From assembly GCA_001600695.1 (NCBI GenBank), contig BCKQ01000001.1:2324680-2388679 (forward strand): a stretch of 64,000 nt of DNA, written 5' to 3'. The stretch's first letter is position 1. Each line of letters starts with the position of its first letter. Source of the DNA: Ascoidea asiatica JCM 7603. Taxonomy: Eukaryota; Fungi; Ascomycota. Under the pieces are notes generated by a model, which searched no databases, was not told the DNA's origin, and worked only from the letters and a program-made list of their open reading frames with translations. This document shows, in pieces, positions 10,830 through 22,299 of the stretch. The translations under genes were made by a program, and so were the position numbers.

Positions 10830-12881
10830 ATGTCTGAAAACGATTGGAAAAAAAATTTACAAATACCTGAAAAGGATAATCGTCCTCAAACTGAAGATGT
10901 TTTAAATACAAATGGTTCAACTTTTGAAGATTTTAATTTAAAAAGAGAATTATTAATGGGTATATTTGAAGCTGGTTTTGAAAAACCTTCTCCAATTCAA
11001 GAAGTTTCAATTCCAATAGCAATATCTGGTAGAGATATTTTAGCAAGAGCTAAAAATGGTACTGGTAAAACTGCTGCTTTTATTATTCCAACTTTACAAA
11101 AAATTAAACCAAAATTAAATAAAATTCAAGCTTTAATCTTAGTACCAACAAGAGAATTAGCTTTACAAACTTCTCAAGTTTGTAGAACTTTAGGTAAACA
11201 TTTAATGATAAAATGTATGGTAACAACTGGTGGTACTTCTTTAAGAGATGATATATTAAGATTACATGATCCTGTTCATGTTTTAGTTGGTACTCCCGGT
11301 AGAGTATTAGATCTTGCAAGTAGAAGAGTTGCTGATTTATCTGAATGTCCACTTTTTATAATGGATGAAGCTGATAAAATGTTATCAAAAGAATTTAAAG
11401 AAATTATTGAAAAAATTTTAAATTTTTTTCCAATAAATAAAACTCAATCACTTTTATTTTCTGCAACTTTTCCATTAACTGTTAAATCTTTTATGGATAA
11501 ACATTTATCAAATCCATATGAAATAAATCTTATGGATGAATTAACTTTAAGAGGTATTACTCAATATTATGCTTTTGTTGATGAACGTTCAAAATTACAT
11601 TGTTTAAATACTTTATTCTCAAAATTACAAATTAATCAATCAATTATATTTTGTAATTCAACTGTTAGAGTTGAATTATTAGCTAAAAAAATTACTGATT
11701 TAGGTTATTCATGTTTTTTCTCTCATGCAAGAATGCCTCAATCTGCAAGAAATAAAGTATTTCATGAATTTAGACAAGGTAAAGTTAGAAATTTAGTTTG
11801 TTCTGATCTTTTAACAAGAGGTATTGATATTCAAGCTGTTAATGTTGTTATTAATTTTGATTTTCCAAAAACTGCAGAAACTTATTTACATAGAATTGGT
11901 AGATCTGGTAGATTTGGTCATTTAGGTCTTGCAATTAATTTAATAAATTGGAAAGATAGATATAATTTATTTAAAATTGAACAAGAATTAGGTACTGAAA
12001 TTCAAGCAATTCCAAGTGAAATTGATAAAAGTTTATATGTTGCAGAATCTTCAATTCAATCTTCAAATCAAAAAATTGAAAAAATTAATGAAAAAATTAA
12101 TGATAATAATAAAATTAATGAAATTTTAGAAAATAATAATGAATCTCAACAATCTATTCAAACTATAAAACAACAAGAAACTCAAATAAAAAATATTAAT
12201 CTAGATAATAATACTTCAATCTCAACAAAAATTACTACAACTTCTCAAACTACAACTCCAATTCAAATTCCAATATCTATTCCAACTCCTACTCAAAATA
12301 CTATTAATCAAAAATCTCTTTCACCTATTAACAATAATAATAGTAATAATAATAATAATAATAGTAGTAATAATAATAACAATAATAATAGTAATAATAA
12401 TAATAATAATAGTAGTAATAATAATAACAATAATATTAATATCAATCAACAGCCATTACAGAAACAAAATATTCCATCTCAACCTCAGCTTCAGTCTCAA
12501 CAACAGCAACTTCCAATCCAACAACAATCTCAACAACAACAAATTCAAAATAAATTAAATATTCAACAACAATATAATCAACAACAAATTAGAACTCAAC
12601 CACAATTAACTCAACCAATTCAACAGAATATTCCTCCACAAGTACTACAACAACAAACTCCAGAAATAAAACCAAAAGTTATTCCTCAACAACAATTACC
12701 TCCTCAACCACTCTATCCACAAGTTCAACCAAGATTAGGTCAGATACCTTATGGTTATCAACAAAATTTCATGCCTCCTCCACAACAATATGGTTATCAT
12801 CCAAGAGGTTATCCTCCACAATATCAAATGCCTTATCAACAGGGTTATCCTCAACAACCACCACAGCAGCCTCCTCGTTGA
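10830..12881 (+). CDS. DHH1: DEAD-box RNA helicase Dhh1 (DDX6), decapping activator, with a long N/Q-rich C-terminal extension
   Basis: [55 protein letters not shown] and [10 protein letters not shown] motifs. Confidence 0.98.
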   Translation: MSENDWKKNLQIPEKDNRPQTEDVLNTNGSTFEDFNLKRELLMGIFEAGFEKPSPIQEVSIPIAISGRDILARAKNGTGKTAAFIIPTLQKIKPKLNKIQALILVPTRELALQTSQVCRTLGKHLMIKCMVTTGGTSLRDDILRLHDPVHVLVGTPGRVLDLASRRVADLSECPLFIMDEADKMLSKEFKEIIEKILNFFPINKTQSLLFSATFPLTVKSFMDKHLSNPYEINLMDELTLRGITQYYAFVDERSKLHCLNTLFSKLQINQSIIFCNSTVRVELLAKKITDLGYSCFFSHARMPQSARNKVFHEFRQGKVRNLVCSDLLTRGIDIQAVNVVINFDFPKTAETYLHRIGRSGRFGHLGLAINLINWKDRYNLFKIEQELGTEIQAIPSEIDKSLYVAESSIQSSNQKIEKINEKINDNNKINEILENNNESQQSIQTIKQQETQIKNINLDNNTSISTKITTTSQTTTPIQIPISIPTPTQNTINQKSLSPINNNNSNNNNNNSSNNNNNNNSNNNNNNSSNNNNNNININQQPLQKQNIPSQPQLQSQQQQLPIQQQSQQQQIQNKLNIQQQYNQQQIRTQPQLTQPIQQNIPPQVLQQQTPEIKPKVIPQQQLPPQPLYPQVQPRLGQIPYGYQQNFMPPPQQYGYHPRGYPPQYQMPYQQGYPQQPPQQPPR

Positions 12882-14754
12882 TTTTTTTTTTATTTTCAAC
12901 TTAATTTTTAATCATTTATTAATTAAAAAAACGTTTTTATCCAATTTTTTTTTTTTTCATCAAAATTATTTTATTTTTTTTATACATTTTCTAATTTTTT
13001 TCATTCTAATTTTTATCTTTCTTTTTTCCTATTTTTTTTAGTCTACTTATTTCATGTGCCATAGTTGTTTAGTACCATTCTTTCAAGTAAATATGGAACC
13101 TTGAATATCCAATTTGAGGACTCAGGTTCAAAAAAAAATTTTCAAAACAGTAAAAAAAAAATAAACATTATTCCATAAATCAATTTTATAGTCTATTTCA
13201 AAAAAAAATTCTGGCTAAATCCTTCAAATAATAAACTACCTGATATTTTTATATTCAGATCTTCTCTTCAATGTTTTAACCCATCATCATATCAAAGTTT
13301 TTATTTCTATAATATTTTCATTGAAGTCATCTCAACAAATTTATCTTCGAAAAAGTTACATGCAAGTTGCTTTTGAAATCAAAAGGTTCAAAAATCTAAA
13401 ATCCAATAAGAATATTATTTTAATATTCACAAAAATATTCTGTTATGAAGTTTTTATATATCCATAATTCTTCTTCATTCCTTTAACTGGAATCTTATAT
13501 CATTAGAAACCTCCAATTTATTTAAAAACTAAATCATACATATCCTTTCTCTATTTAACAGAAAGTAATTATTATTTATAATTAAAAGAAATTCAATCAA
13601 AAAAAATAAAAAAAAAGCAAAAAAAAATAAAAAAAATAAAAAACAAATCAAAATCAAAACAAACAAAAATGATAAAACAATTTTCGGCGACATTAATCTG
13701 AAGTTGAAATTAAGTAAATTCAATTATATTTATTCTGATAATTACCCTATTCCCAAAATATCGATTTTCTTTTCCAAAAAATAAAGGCCTTCTTTTTTAT
13801 CTTTTTTTATTTAATATTTTAACTTTTTCTGTTTTGTATTAGTCCAAAATTCAATGTTATTTTATTTATTACTTTTTTTTCTTTCTAAACAGATAATTCA
13901 TTTATTTTTCAATATGTTTTCAACCATATTAATAGAATATCAACTATTTTGTTTTTATTTTATAACAGCTTTGTTGGAATTATATACTTCCTTTCAATTA
14001 TTAATATTAAGAGCATGATATCTTTTTGTCTATATTGCTCTGTATTGTTATAAAAGTTAATAAGGTATATTCATTTTAAATTGTCATTAATTTATTTATT
14101 CAACTTTCAATTTCAGAATTATCATCGCCTACCTATTTTTTATATCATTCTTATTGTCGTTTAAAACTAATTATCACTAACAAATTTCTAAAGTGAGGTT
14201 TAAGATAAAATTAAGTTACACTAATTTAACCAATTTACTTATTCCCTTTTTTTTTGAAATTATTTAAAATTTCACCCTCAACCAGTTGGTGGAATCAATG
14301 AATGATTTTTTTTTACAAACAAGTTTATTTGTAGATTTAAAGTAACGAGTTTTTGAAAATAATATTGTTTTATTTTTCTCAAACATTATTGTAAAATTTT
14401 AGCCATGTATATTTTTTATTCAAAATAAAAATACGTTACATAAAAAGAGTTTTTTGTTGAAAAAAAAATATGAGAAATTTTTTGAAATGATTCAGTGATT
14501 TAATGATTTTGATTTTAAAATGAAAAGTAAATTAAAAAGAAAAAAGTCGAAAAAATTATAATAAAAAAAATTAAAATTATGAAAATATTTCACAAATAAC
14601 AAAAGTTATATAAAAATGATAAAACAAAGGAAAAAAAAGGGATGTATTTGGGTAAAAATCACAAAATTTAAAAATATAGACGAATAATATAGATGAAATA
14701 GTAATTGGTACTTAAAGGATAATTAAATTAATCAGGATAGTATTAATATTTTTA

Positions 14755-16503
14755 TCAATCAACATTTGTTGGTTTTGCCATTTTTTTGACTCTTTTGCAC
14801 CATGCTTTAATATCCTTTTTAAGTAATTTTGAATCTTTTGAATTTAAATCATTTCTATAAGTTGTGATGAAACTATGATTCAATAGTTCTTGCGGATTTA
14901 ATCTTGTATTTTCATCCTTTATTAAGCATTTATCAATATAATCACAGAATTCTTTCGAATAAGGAAAATCTGAGGTTTGCTTAGTTAATTTTGTATTTGC
15001 ATCAGGACTTAAGGGAGAAGAAGGTGATCTAGAAGTTAAAGGAGGATCCTCAATATAATCTAAATTTGAAGGAAATAATTTTTTATGAAATTTTGGAGAT
15101 CTAAAAGCAGGATGCTTATTGAAAAAAAATTCATTGAATTTAGTCAAACTTGGAGGAGGTTCATTGACAATTCTTTGCAATAAATCAAGAATACCTTCAG
15201 GAGCAACATTTTTATTATCACCAAATGGGAAAAATCCATTTGCCAATTCAACTAACATTAAACCTAAAGACCAAATATCACCTTTAACAGAATATTTACC
15301 ACCTTGAATTCTTTCTGGTGACATATAAGTTGAAGTTCCAACAAAAGTATCAGCAATTGAGTCAATTAATTCTCTTGAAACACCAAAATCACATAATTTT
15401 AGTTCACCTTTCGAATTTAGTAAAACATTAGAAGGTTTTATATCTCTATGAATAATTTTATGATTTTCATAAAGATAAGTTAACCCAGAACAAACAGAGT
15501 AAGCCACATGAGAAATAAAATATTCAGGAAAGGGGCCATTAACTTTTAAAACTTTATCTAAAGAGCCAATATCCATGTTTTCCATACAAATTATTACATT
15601 ACCTTCATTCAAAAAAGAACCGAAGAATTGTATGATATATTTTGATTTGCATTCATCCATTATTTTTAGTTCTCTTTTAATTTGAGTTTTTACAGCAGGT
15701 TTATTTTCAATATGAATTGTTTTTTTTGCCATTGTCTTTTGAGTTGGTACATGAAGTACTTTTAATACTGTACCTGAGTTACCAGAACCTAGATTTTTAA
15801 GTACTACAAAATCTGAATTCTTCAAGTTACTTAGTTGAAAGGCGCTATCATCATTAGGGTCGTTGATTGAATTAGAATTTGAATTATGAGAATGACTATG
15901 ATTATTAGAATGAGAACTGTTATGATTATGACTGTGATTTTGATTTGAATTATTGGAATTTATCAGTAGTATTTGAGTTGTAGTTCTTGGTGAACTAGTG
16001 GAGTTATAATTATTATTATTATTTATTGATAGGTTGTTAAATTGATGAATTAATGGAGGTGTATTTGGAGTTTTATTCACTATTATATTATTGTTCGAAT
16101 TAGAATTAAGATTTTGATTTGAAATGGAACTTAAGCTTAAATTTGGGTTTTTAATTGAATCACTTTTTGGACTCGAATTATTGGATAAAGTTAGTTTTTT
16201 CATATTTTTTCTTTTCAAGGATTTTATTGGTAATAAATCGTCATTTTGATTTTGAATTTTTAAATTATTTGTAAGACCATCAGGTACATTATTTATATTT
16301 GATATATTTGGCACATTCGATGTGTTCAGTTTCATTTGACTATTTGGTATATTTATATTCATTTGATTATTCGATATATTTGAATTATTTGAATTATTTG
16401 AATTAAGATTTAAACTCATTACGGGTAAAGCTTTATTTCTATTATTTCTTATTGATTTTGGTTTAAACCTTGAATAAGGATCTATTTGGTCAGATTGATT
16501 CAT
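14755..16503 (-). CDS. STE7: MAP kinase kinase of the pheromone/filamentation pathway
   Basis: MAPK docking motif LKRKNMKKLTL; kinase motifs LGSGNSGTV, HRDIKPSNVL, CDFGVSRELIDSIADTFVGTSTYMSPERIQG and PEGILDLLQRIVNEP. Confidence 0.95.
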   Translation of the reverse strand: MNQSDQIDPYSRFKPKSIRNNRNKALPVMSLNLNSNNSNNSNISNNQMNINIPNSQMKLNTSNVPNISNINNVPDGLTNNLKIQNQNDDLLPIKSLKRKNMKKLTLSNNSSPKSDSIKNPNLSLSSISNQNLNSNSNNNIIVNKTPNTPPLIHQFNNLSINNNNNYNSTSSPRTTTQILLINSNNSNQNHSHNHNSSHSNNHSHSHNSNSNSINDPNDDSAFQLSNLKNSDFVVLKNLGSGNSGTVLKVLHVPTQKTMAKKTIHIENKPAVKTQIKRELKIMDECKSKYIIQFFGSFLNEGNVIICMENMDIGSLDKVLKVNGPFPEYFISHVAYSVCSGLTYLYENHKIIHRDIKPSNVLLNSKGELKLCDFGVSRELIDSIADTFVGTSTYMSPERIQGGKYSVKGDIWSLGLMLVELANGFFPFGDNKNVAPEGILDLLQRIVNEPPPSLTKFNEFFFNKHPAFRSPKFHKKLFPSNLDYIEDPPLTSRSPSSPLSPDANTKLTKQTSDFPYSKEFCDYIDKCLIKDENTRLNPQELLNHSFITTYRNDLNSKDSKLLKKDIKAWCKRVKKMAKPTNVD

Positions 16504-18567
16504 TTTATATGTTTATGGAAGAATAGTACTTTATTGATTGATTAATTGATTAAATTGAAATTAAAGAAAAAAATATGATCAATTGTTTTAAAAAAGTATT
16601 TCAATGTTTACCTTTTTTAACAATATAACAACCTTGTAAATAAATAAATAAATTGATAGAATAAAAATAGTATTTTTTTACAAACTGAAATAGAGTATAA
16701 AACAGGTTTATTATAAATATTTTTAGATGTGAAAAGAGTTAGAAGAAAAGTAATTCTAAGTAAAATTGAAGCAGATTTTTCAAACCAAAGGTAAAAATAA
16801 ATTTGGCTAAGGATTATTGAAAATAAAAACAACCTAAGTTGAAAACAATTTTTCAAATATAGAATAATTAAAAATTGCAATTCCTGAAATATGTTTTATA
16901 TATAATTGATTGTAAAATGGTTATTCAGAAAATTTGTTTGAAAATTATTTTGTTGAATATAATGAGTAAAATGATAATTGTATTTGAGGTTGAAACTGGA
17001 ACTGATTGAAGCGAACGTGTGATAAGAATGCTTAGCTCAGAGAAATATCAAGAATAGAATATGTTAAGCACTCGACTCAAATTTACTTAAAGGTGTTAAT
17101 AAACTATTGAGAATTGATGGTGAAATATAATGAATATATAATAAATATAAAAAATATAATAAGTTGCTGATAATAAGATGATTTTGAAATTGATAATGAA
17201 TTTGAAGAATAATGCCAAAAATAAAGGTATTTTTAATATTTTATATCAGTGTTATGTTAATGTTAAGCAAGTTTTTGACAATGTTGGCTAGCCTTAATGC
17301 CCTAATAAAATGCCTGGGTAAGTTACGCTCACACCAACACCTCTGCACCGCCACAAATACTTTTTTAGAGCGTGTTTGGCTTTCATACGCTGCGCAGGAA
17401 TGGCCAGTGCAAAAAGTATATGCGCAAAACCATATTCTTACAGTATTTTTCAAGCGCACGCATTACTTTCTTTGGACAGTGCTGAGCGCTAAGTTGAACG
17501 AAGGCCTCTGGGCTAGATCTTCCCACGCATTTTCTCTAAATTTCTTATCTCCGCGCACGCTGAACTATTGTGCGATGGATGTATCACTGAAGTATTTTAC
17601 GAAATTGCGCTACCGCTTATCTTTGGCACGCCAAGCAACAACAAAAATAGTTTACTAAAAGGGTACCCGAACAGTCTTTATCGGACGAACTTGCCCAATG
17701 TTGGAAAAGGGCCCGCAAATTTTTATATAATGGAAGCTCATGTTTTCCCGACTAAAAAATATTGATTTTTCCTTTCCATAATACGTGATAATTCTGCTTG
17801 AATGTTCTATTAACATAAAAAAAAGTTAACCCACAATGGTGGAAATTACAATAAATAATCACCTGAATAGTAAGCTTTTAAATCTTTTTCATAAAAACGA
17901 TTGGAATCGATACTTAAGTAATTTCAAATTCAAAGTAAACTCCTACTAAGCATAATATGAAAGACATTTGATGCTTAAAACTACTAAAAACTTTTTTTTT
18001 CAATGCCATGTCAAATCCCTTTTCAACTAAAACCTGTAATTATCACCGGTGAGAGAACTTTCTAGTATTTATAATTATTTTTCTGTTATTAAAAAAAACT
18101 TATGATCATTCTTGAATTCTTCATGTTTTATTTTACTGGCAGTCGTTTACTGTTAATAATGTTACATCAATAAACAAGAATTAAGTTTGATATTTGTGGT
18201 AATTTGAAATGTGGTAGATATACGAGAACTACTAAAAGAATTAAGGTTAATGGTAATAATTTAAATACATCCGTATACAGTAATAAAAGTTAATCCTAAA
18301 CTTAAAATAATAAATACTGTATAAAAAAATATAGTCACCTGATCAAAGTTTTTTGGGTCGGTTTAAACATTCCAAATTAGTCAAAAATATTTCCTTGCTG
18401 ACTCATCGCTTACTTCAAATTAAATCTCACTATCTCTGTCACATTTTTAGTTCTCAATTTTAGGCATTTAAACTATCAATTCAATAACAAAACTCAACAT
18501 CCTTTTCTAATGATAAAACTCATTTTCCAATTCAATCAAAAAGAATTAATTCAATTCACTCTTTGAA

Positions 18568-21500
18568 ATGGAAAATGAAGGTTTTAGTCCTATTCAAGGA
18601 ATTTTTTTTTCAACTTTTCATCCAACCGAAGGTCCAAAAATTGTTTGCCAGGTTCCTGAAAATTTTGTTTTGACAAATGAGCCATCTACTTCAACCAATT
18701 CGAATACTTCCTCAATTGCATCAAGTGCTGCATGTTCATTTGATCCTTCTTCTTCTTCAAATAAACTCTTGTGTAATAATTCAATTAAAAATGATATCAG
18801 TCCTCAAAATAATCAAACTTCAAACGATCCTCAAATTGAAAGAATTCATTTTAATAATATTAAGGACTATATAATACCAAAACTGGCTTTAATGAATAAA
18901 TTAATTAAAATTAAATCTGGAAAATCTTTTCAATTAATATCATATCCAATTCAAATAAACTCTCCACTTTATGAAAGAAATTCATTTATTTTCAATTTTG
19001 TTTTCATTTTCAATTATAATTCAAATTCGATACCTTATCAATCAATTTTAAAAAGATTGTCTAATGTATTTAAAATTTTGCAAACTCAATCTTTAATTTT
19101 ATCTGATTCTTGTAATATTTTAGAAAATAAAAACGTTTATTATAAAGTCGATAATAATTCCAATAATCTTAATGATAATAATATCAATGATAATTCTATT
19201 AAAAATAAGTATTCCAATATTACAAATAATTATAATAATGTTGCAAATGCAGTAAATTATAGGTCGAATATAAATTCCATTTTAGAACAATTTAAAAAAT
19301 CAAAATCTTCGAATAGCAATTTAATTAACGATAATAATAATATAAGATTTTCAATTGAAAATTTAATTCAACAAATTTATCAAGATTTAAATACATACTC
19401 AGAATGTTTAATACCGATAGATGAAGCAAATTCAATTGATATAAAATTATTTCCATTAATACCATCTCCTTCAACCATTAAAATTAATTATTCACATGTT
19501 CCGATATTAATTGTTAATTTGTCTTCAATTATTAATAGTTCTTGGGATCCTGCAATGATTAAGTTGGTTGAAAAAATCAATGGTATTGATCCAATTTATA
19601 AAATTTCAAAGCTGTTAAATATTGGTATTGATTATTCAATTCAAATTATTAATTCCCTATTATATTATAAAACAATCATTTTAATTGATTTATTTAAATA
19701 TTCAAATATTTATTCAGTTTCTTCTAAAATTAATAATTTTTTGGATTTTCAGTTAAATTTTAGTAATTTAAACTATTTTATTTATCCAAATAAAGATTTA
19801 AATCCTTTTAAATCATTACCAATTGATTTAAATGATCCAAATATAAGCAATTTGATAATACAGAATAAAGATAAAGATAAAAGTAAAATAACTTTAAATT
19901 CAAATTTTTCTTCTGCTTCTTTAAATACCATGGATAATTATTTATCAAATTCCAACTCTAATTCAGTTTCTAATTCTATATCTGAATTAAATCGGCGAAC
20001 TCACACTCTAAATAATAAAGATAATAGTAATAACAATAGTAATAAAGATATAGCAGTAGAATCAGACGTAGATAATAGTGATAATATGAATAATAATAAT
20101 AGCATTAATAATAATAATGGTAAACATTTGAGTAGCTTAAATTCTTTTGATTCTGCTAAAAGTGAACATACCAATATTGGGGATCTTAAGAATAACTTTT
20201 CAAGTTTCCAAATGACCAGTAATAATAACAAGAATAATTTTATTCCTAATGATAACACCAATATCAAGAATAGTCTAATTGATAATTCTTCAAAACTATT
20301 AAATCGAAACTATGAAAATTTACCATCTCAAGTCAAATTATTTGAATTATATTCATCTTTAAATCAATCACAATCATTGAAAAATTGGTATAAAAAAAAT
20401 TATGAAAAATTAAATTTAATAAATATAGATATAAGAAGATTTATTGTTTTTGGAATATTAAGTGGTATAATTTATAGAGTTTATCAATATCCTATAATTA
20501 TCAATGATAATGATTATTATGATAATGAAAATTCAATTGATAATAATGAAAGTATTTATGAAGATAAAGAAGATGAGAAAAAACAAGATTTCAGTATTCA
20601 TAACAATAATTATAAATCAGATAATGATGACCTAAATTCCTGTGATGATGAAAATTGTTCCGAAGAAGATTTTGGATCATTTGAATTCTTTTCCAATACA
20701 ATAACTATTAGTTATTCGGAAGAAATATTATTGAGATCAAAATCACTCAATGTATTAAATACTAAATCTAGTAATAATTCTGAAAATTTATCAAAATCTA
20801 ACATTAATAAAGATAATATTTATTATTTTAAAGGAATTAATGATAATAAAGGTAATATTCCTCTTAAGAAGGGAATTATTGATATTAATAGTATTATGTC
20901 TCATAATTCCTGGAAGTCAAAATTCAATAGAAATATGAAAGATATAAATTTCAATGAACTTAATAAAAATTTCATTGAAATTATTGAAAATAAAAATTAT
21001 GGTCTTGATATTGTCAAAAATAGCTTTGAATTAATTGATAATTTGTATAATGATAAATATTGTTTGAAATCATTCAGTATTGATGAAATAGAAATATTCA
21101 GAGATCTAGACTTAATTAAAGAAATCGATGAAAAAAATGAAGATAGCGAAGAGGAAAAGGAAGTCAATACAAATAGTGATGGAAGTGATCTCGAGGATAA
21201 TATAAGTAATTTTACTGGTTACCATGAATATCAAAGTTATGGTCAAAGAAATAATAGAAATAATAGAGTCGAAAAAAATAAAAATAATAATAACGATAAT
21301 ATTAGCATTAATAATCATAATAATCATAATAATCATAATAATCTTAATAAGCATAATAACCATAATAACAATAATACTATAAGTAGTAATAACAGTAGTA
21401 TTATTAATAATAATAATAAAGGTAATAGTAGTAATATTGGAGGTAAATCTAGGAATACTGCTATTTCAAAAGAAATTAAAATAATTCAAGGATTAAAAAG

Positions 21501-21657
21501 CCAAAGATATTATTCATTAAAAAGTATAAAACAATTGCGTAAAATGGTTTTGAAGATAAATAACTTTGATGATACTTGTATATTATTCAACATGAATCAA
21601 AAAGAAATCGAGGAGGTTTTGGGTGACTTTTGGAATTGGTGTGTTATTAATAGATGA
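18568..21657 (+). CDS. NPR2: SEACIT/GATOR1 subunit Npr2 (NPRL2) with long Asn-rich inserts
   Basis: FSPIQGIFFSTFHPTEGPKI..QVP, YIIPK, YERNSFIFNFVF, IQQIYQDLN.YSECLIPID..NSIDIKLFP, WDP.M and IDIRRFI.FG motifs. Confidence 0.93.
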   Translation: MENEGFSPIQGIFFSTFHPTEGPKIVCQVPENFVLTNEPSTSTNSNTSSIASSAACSFDPSSSSNKLLCNNSIKNDISPQNNQTSNDPQIERIHFNNIKDYIIPKLALMNKLIKIKSGKSFQLISYPIQINSPLYERNSFIFNFVFIFNYNSNSIPYQSILKRLSNVFKILQTQSLILSDSCNILENKNVYYKVDNNSNNLNDNNINDNSIKNKYSNITNNYNNVANAVNYRSNINSILEQFKKSKSSNSNLINDNNNIRFSIENLIQQIYQDLNTYSECLIPIDEANSIDIKLFPLIPSPSTIKINYSHVPILIVNLSSIINSSWDPAMIKLVEKINGIDPIYKISKLLNIGIDYSIQIINSLLYYKTIILIDLFKYSNIYSVSSKINNFLDFQLNFSNLNYFIYPNKDLNPFKSLPIDLNDPNISNLIIQNKDKDKSKITLNSNFSSASLNTMDNYLSNSNSNSVSNSISELNRRTHTLNNKDNSNNNSNKDIAVESDVDNSDNMNNNNSINNNNGKHLSSLNSFDSAKSEHTNIGDLKNNFSSFQMTSNNNKNNFIPNDNTNIKNSLIDNSSKLLNRNYENLPSQVKLFELYSSLNQSQSLKNWYKKNYEKLNLINIDIRRFIVFGILSGIIYRVYQYPIIINDNDYYDNENSIDNNESIYEDKEDEKKQDFSIHNNNYKSDNDDLNSCDDENCSEEDFGSFEFFSNTITISYSEEILLRSKSLNVLNTKSSNNSENLSKSNINKDNIYYFKGINDNKGNIPLKKGIIDINSIMSHNSWKSKFNRNMKDINFNELNKNFIEIIENKNYGLDIVKNSFELIDNLYNDKYCLKSFSIDEIEIFRDLDLIKEIDEKNEDSEEEKEVNTNSDGSDLEDNISNFTGYHEYQSYGQRNNRNNRVEKNKNNNNDNISINNHNNHNNHNNLNKHNNHNNNNTISSNNSSIINNNNKGNSSNIGGKSRNTAISKEIKIIQGLKSQRYYSLKSIKQLRKMVLKINNFDDTCILFNMNQKEIEEVLGDFWNWCVINR

Positions 21658-22299
21658 GAAAGTTTGCTTGACATGATTCCAAATTTTTCTAATTTCTTTT
21701 TTCTTTGTCTATATAATTGTTTATCCTCAATAATCTCAAACCAAAAAAGAATTGTTTTGGAGGGAGTGGCTTCTTGAAATAAAGTAGAAATTATCAACGT
21801 AAATTTAGAGACTATGACGAGCTTCAAAAACCTTAACATGCTTGATATATTATTTTTTTACAGAGTTTGTGAGCTACAACCAGATAAATTCCATTTATCT
21901 GAATTGTTTGGGTGAACTAAAATATATTTTATTTATATAAATATATATTGTATAGAATATAAAAGTTCTAATTTGTGCAAATAAATATAATTTTCCAAAA
22001 TAGGAAATAAATTTTAATCTTATACCGAGGCTATATTTCCTCGGCCTAGCTACCGAATGTGGCTCGTTCTTGGGATTGATCCTAGAAACTCGCAAAAATA
22101 ACGGGAACTTCAGTGAGCATTAATTCGTTAAGCACATCTTCCTTTGCTGCATTTGCTGGTTTTTCTGTTTTATCAGCCTCAACTAGTTTAGATATTTAGC
22201 TTCTTCATTTTTTTCAATAACTTTAGAATTTGCACTTGAATAGTTCTATAGTTCTTTGTGTTTTACTTCAGATAAATACAGATCTACAATCTCCGGTAA

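Noticed and set aside
17212-17765. 148-aa, 72-aa and 65-aa ORFs between STE7 and NPR2
   Set aside because: They lie in a GC-rich promoter island where stops are rarer; codon usage is atypical and there are no recognisable motifs.
21814-21902. ATGACGA ... CTGA spaced like a C/D snoRNA
   Set aside because: Box C is non-consensus and I find no antisense rRNA guide; the CTGA is part of a DNA inverted repeat.
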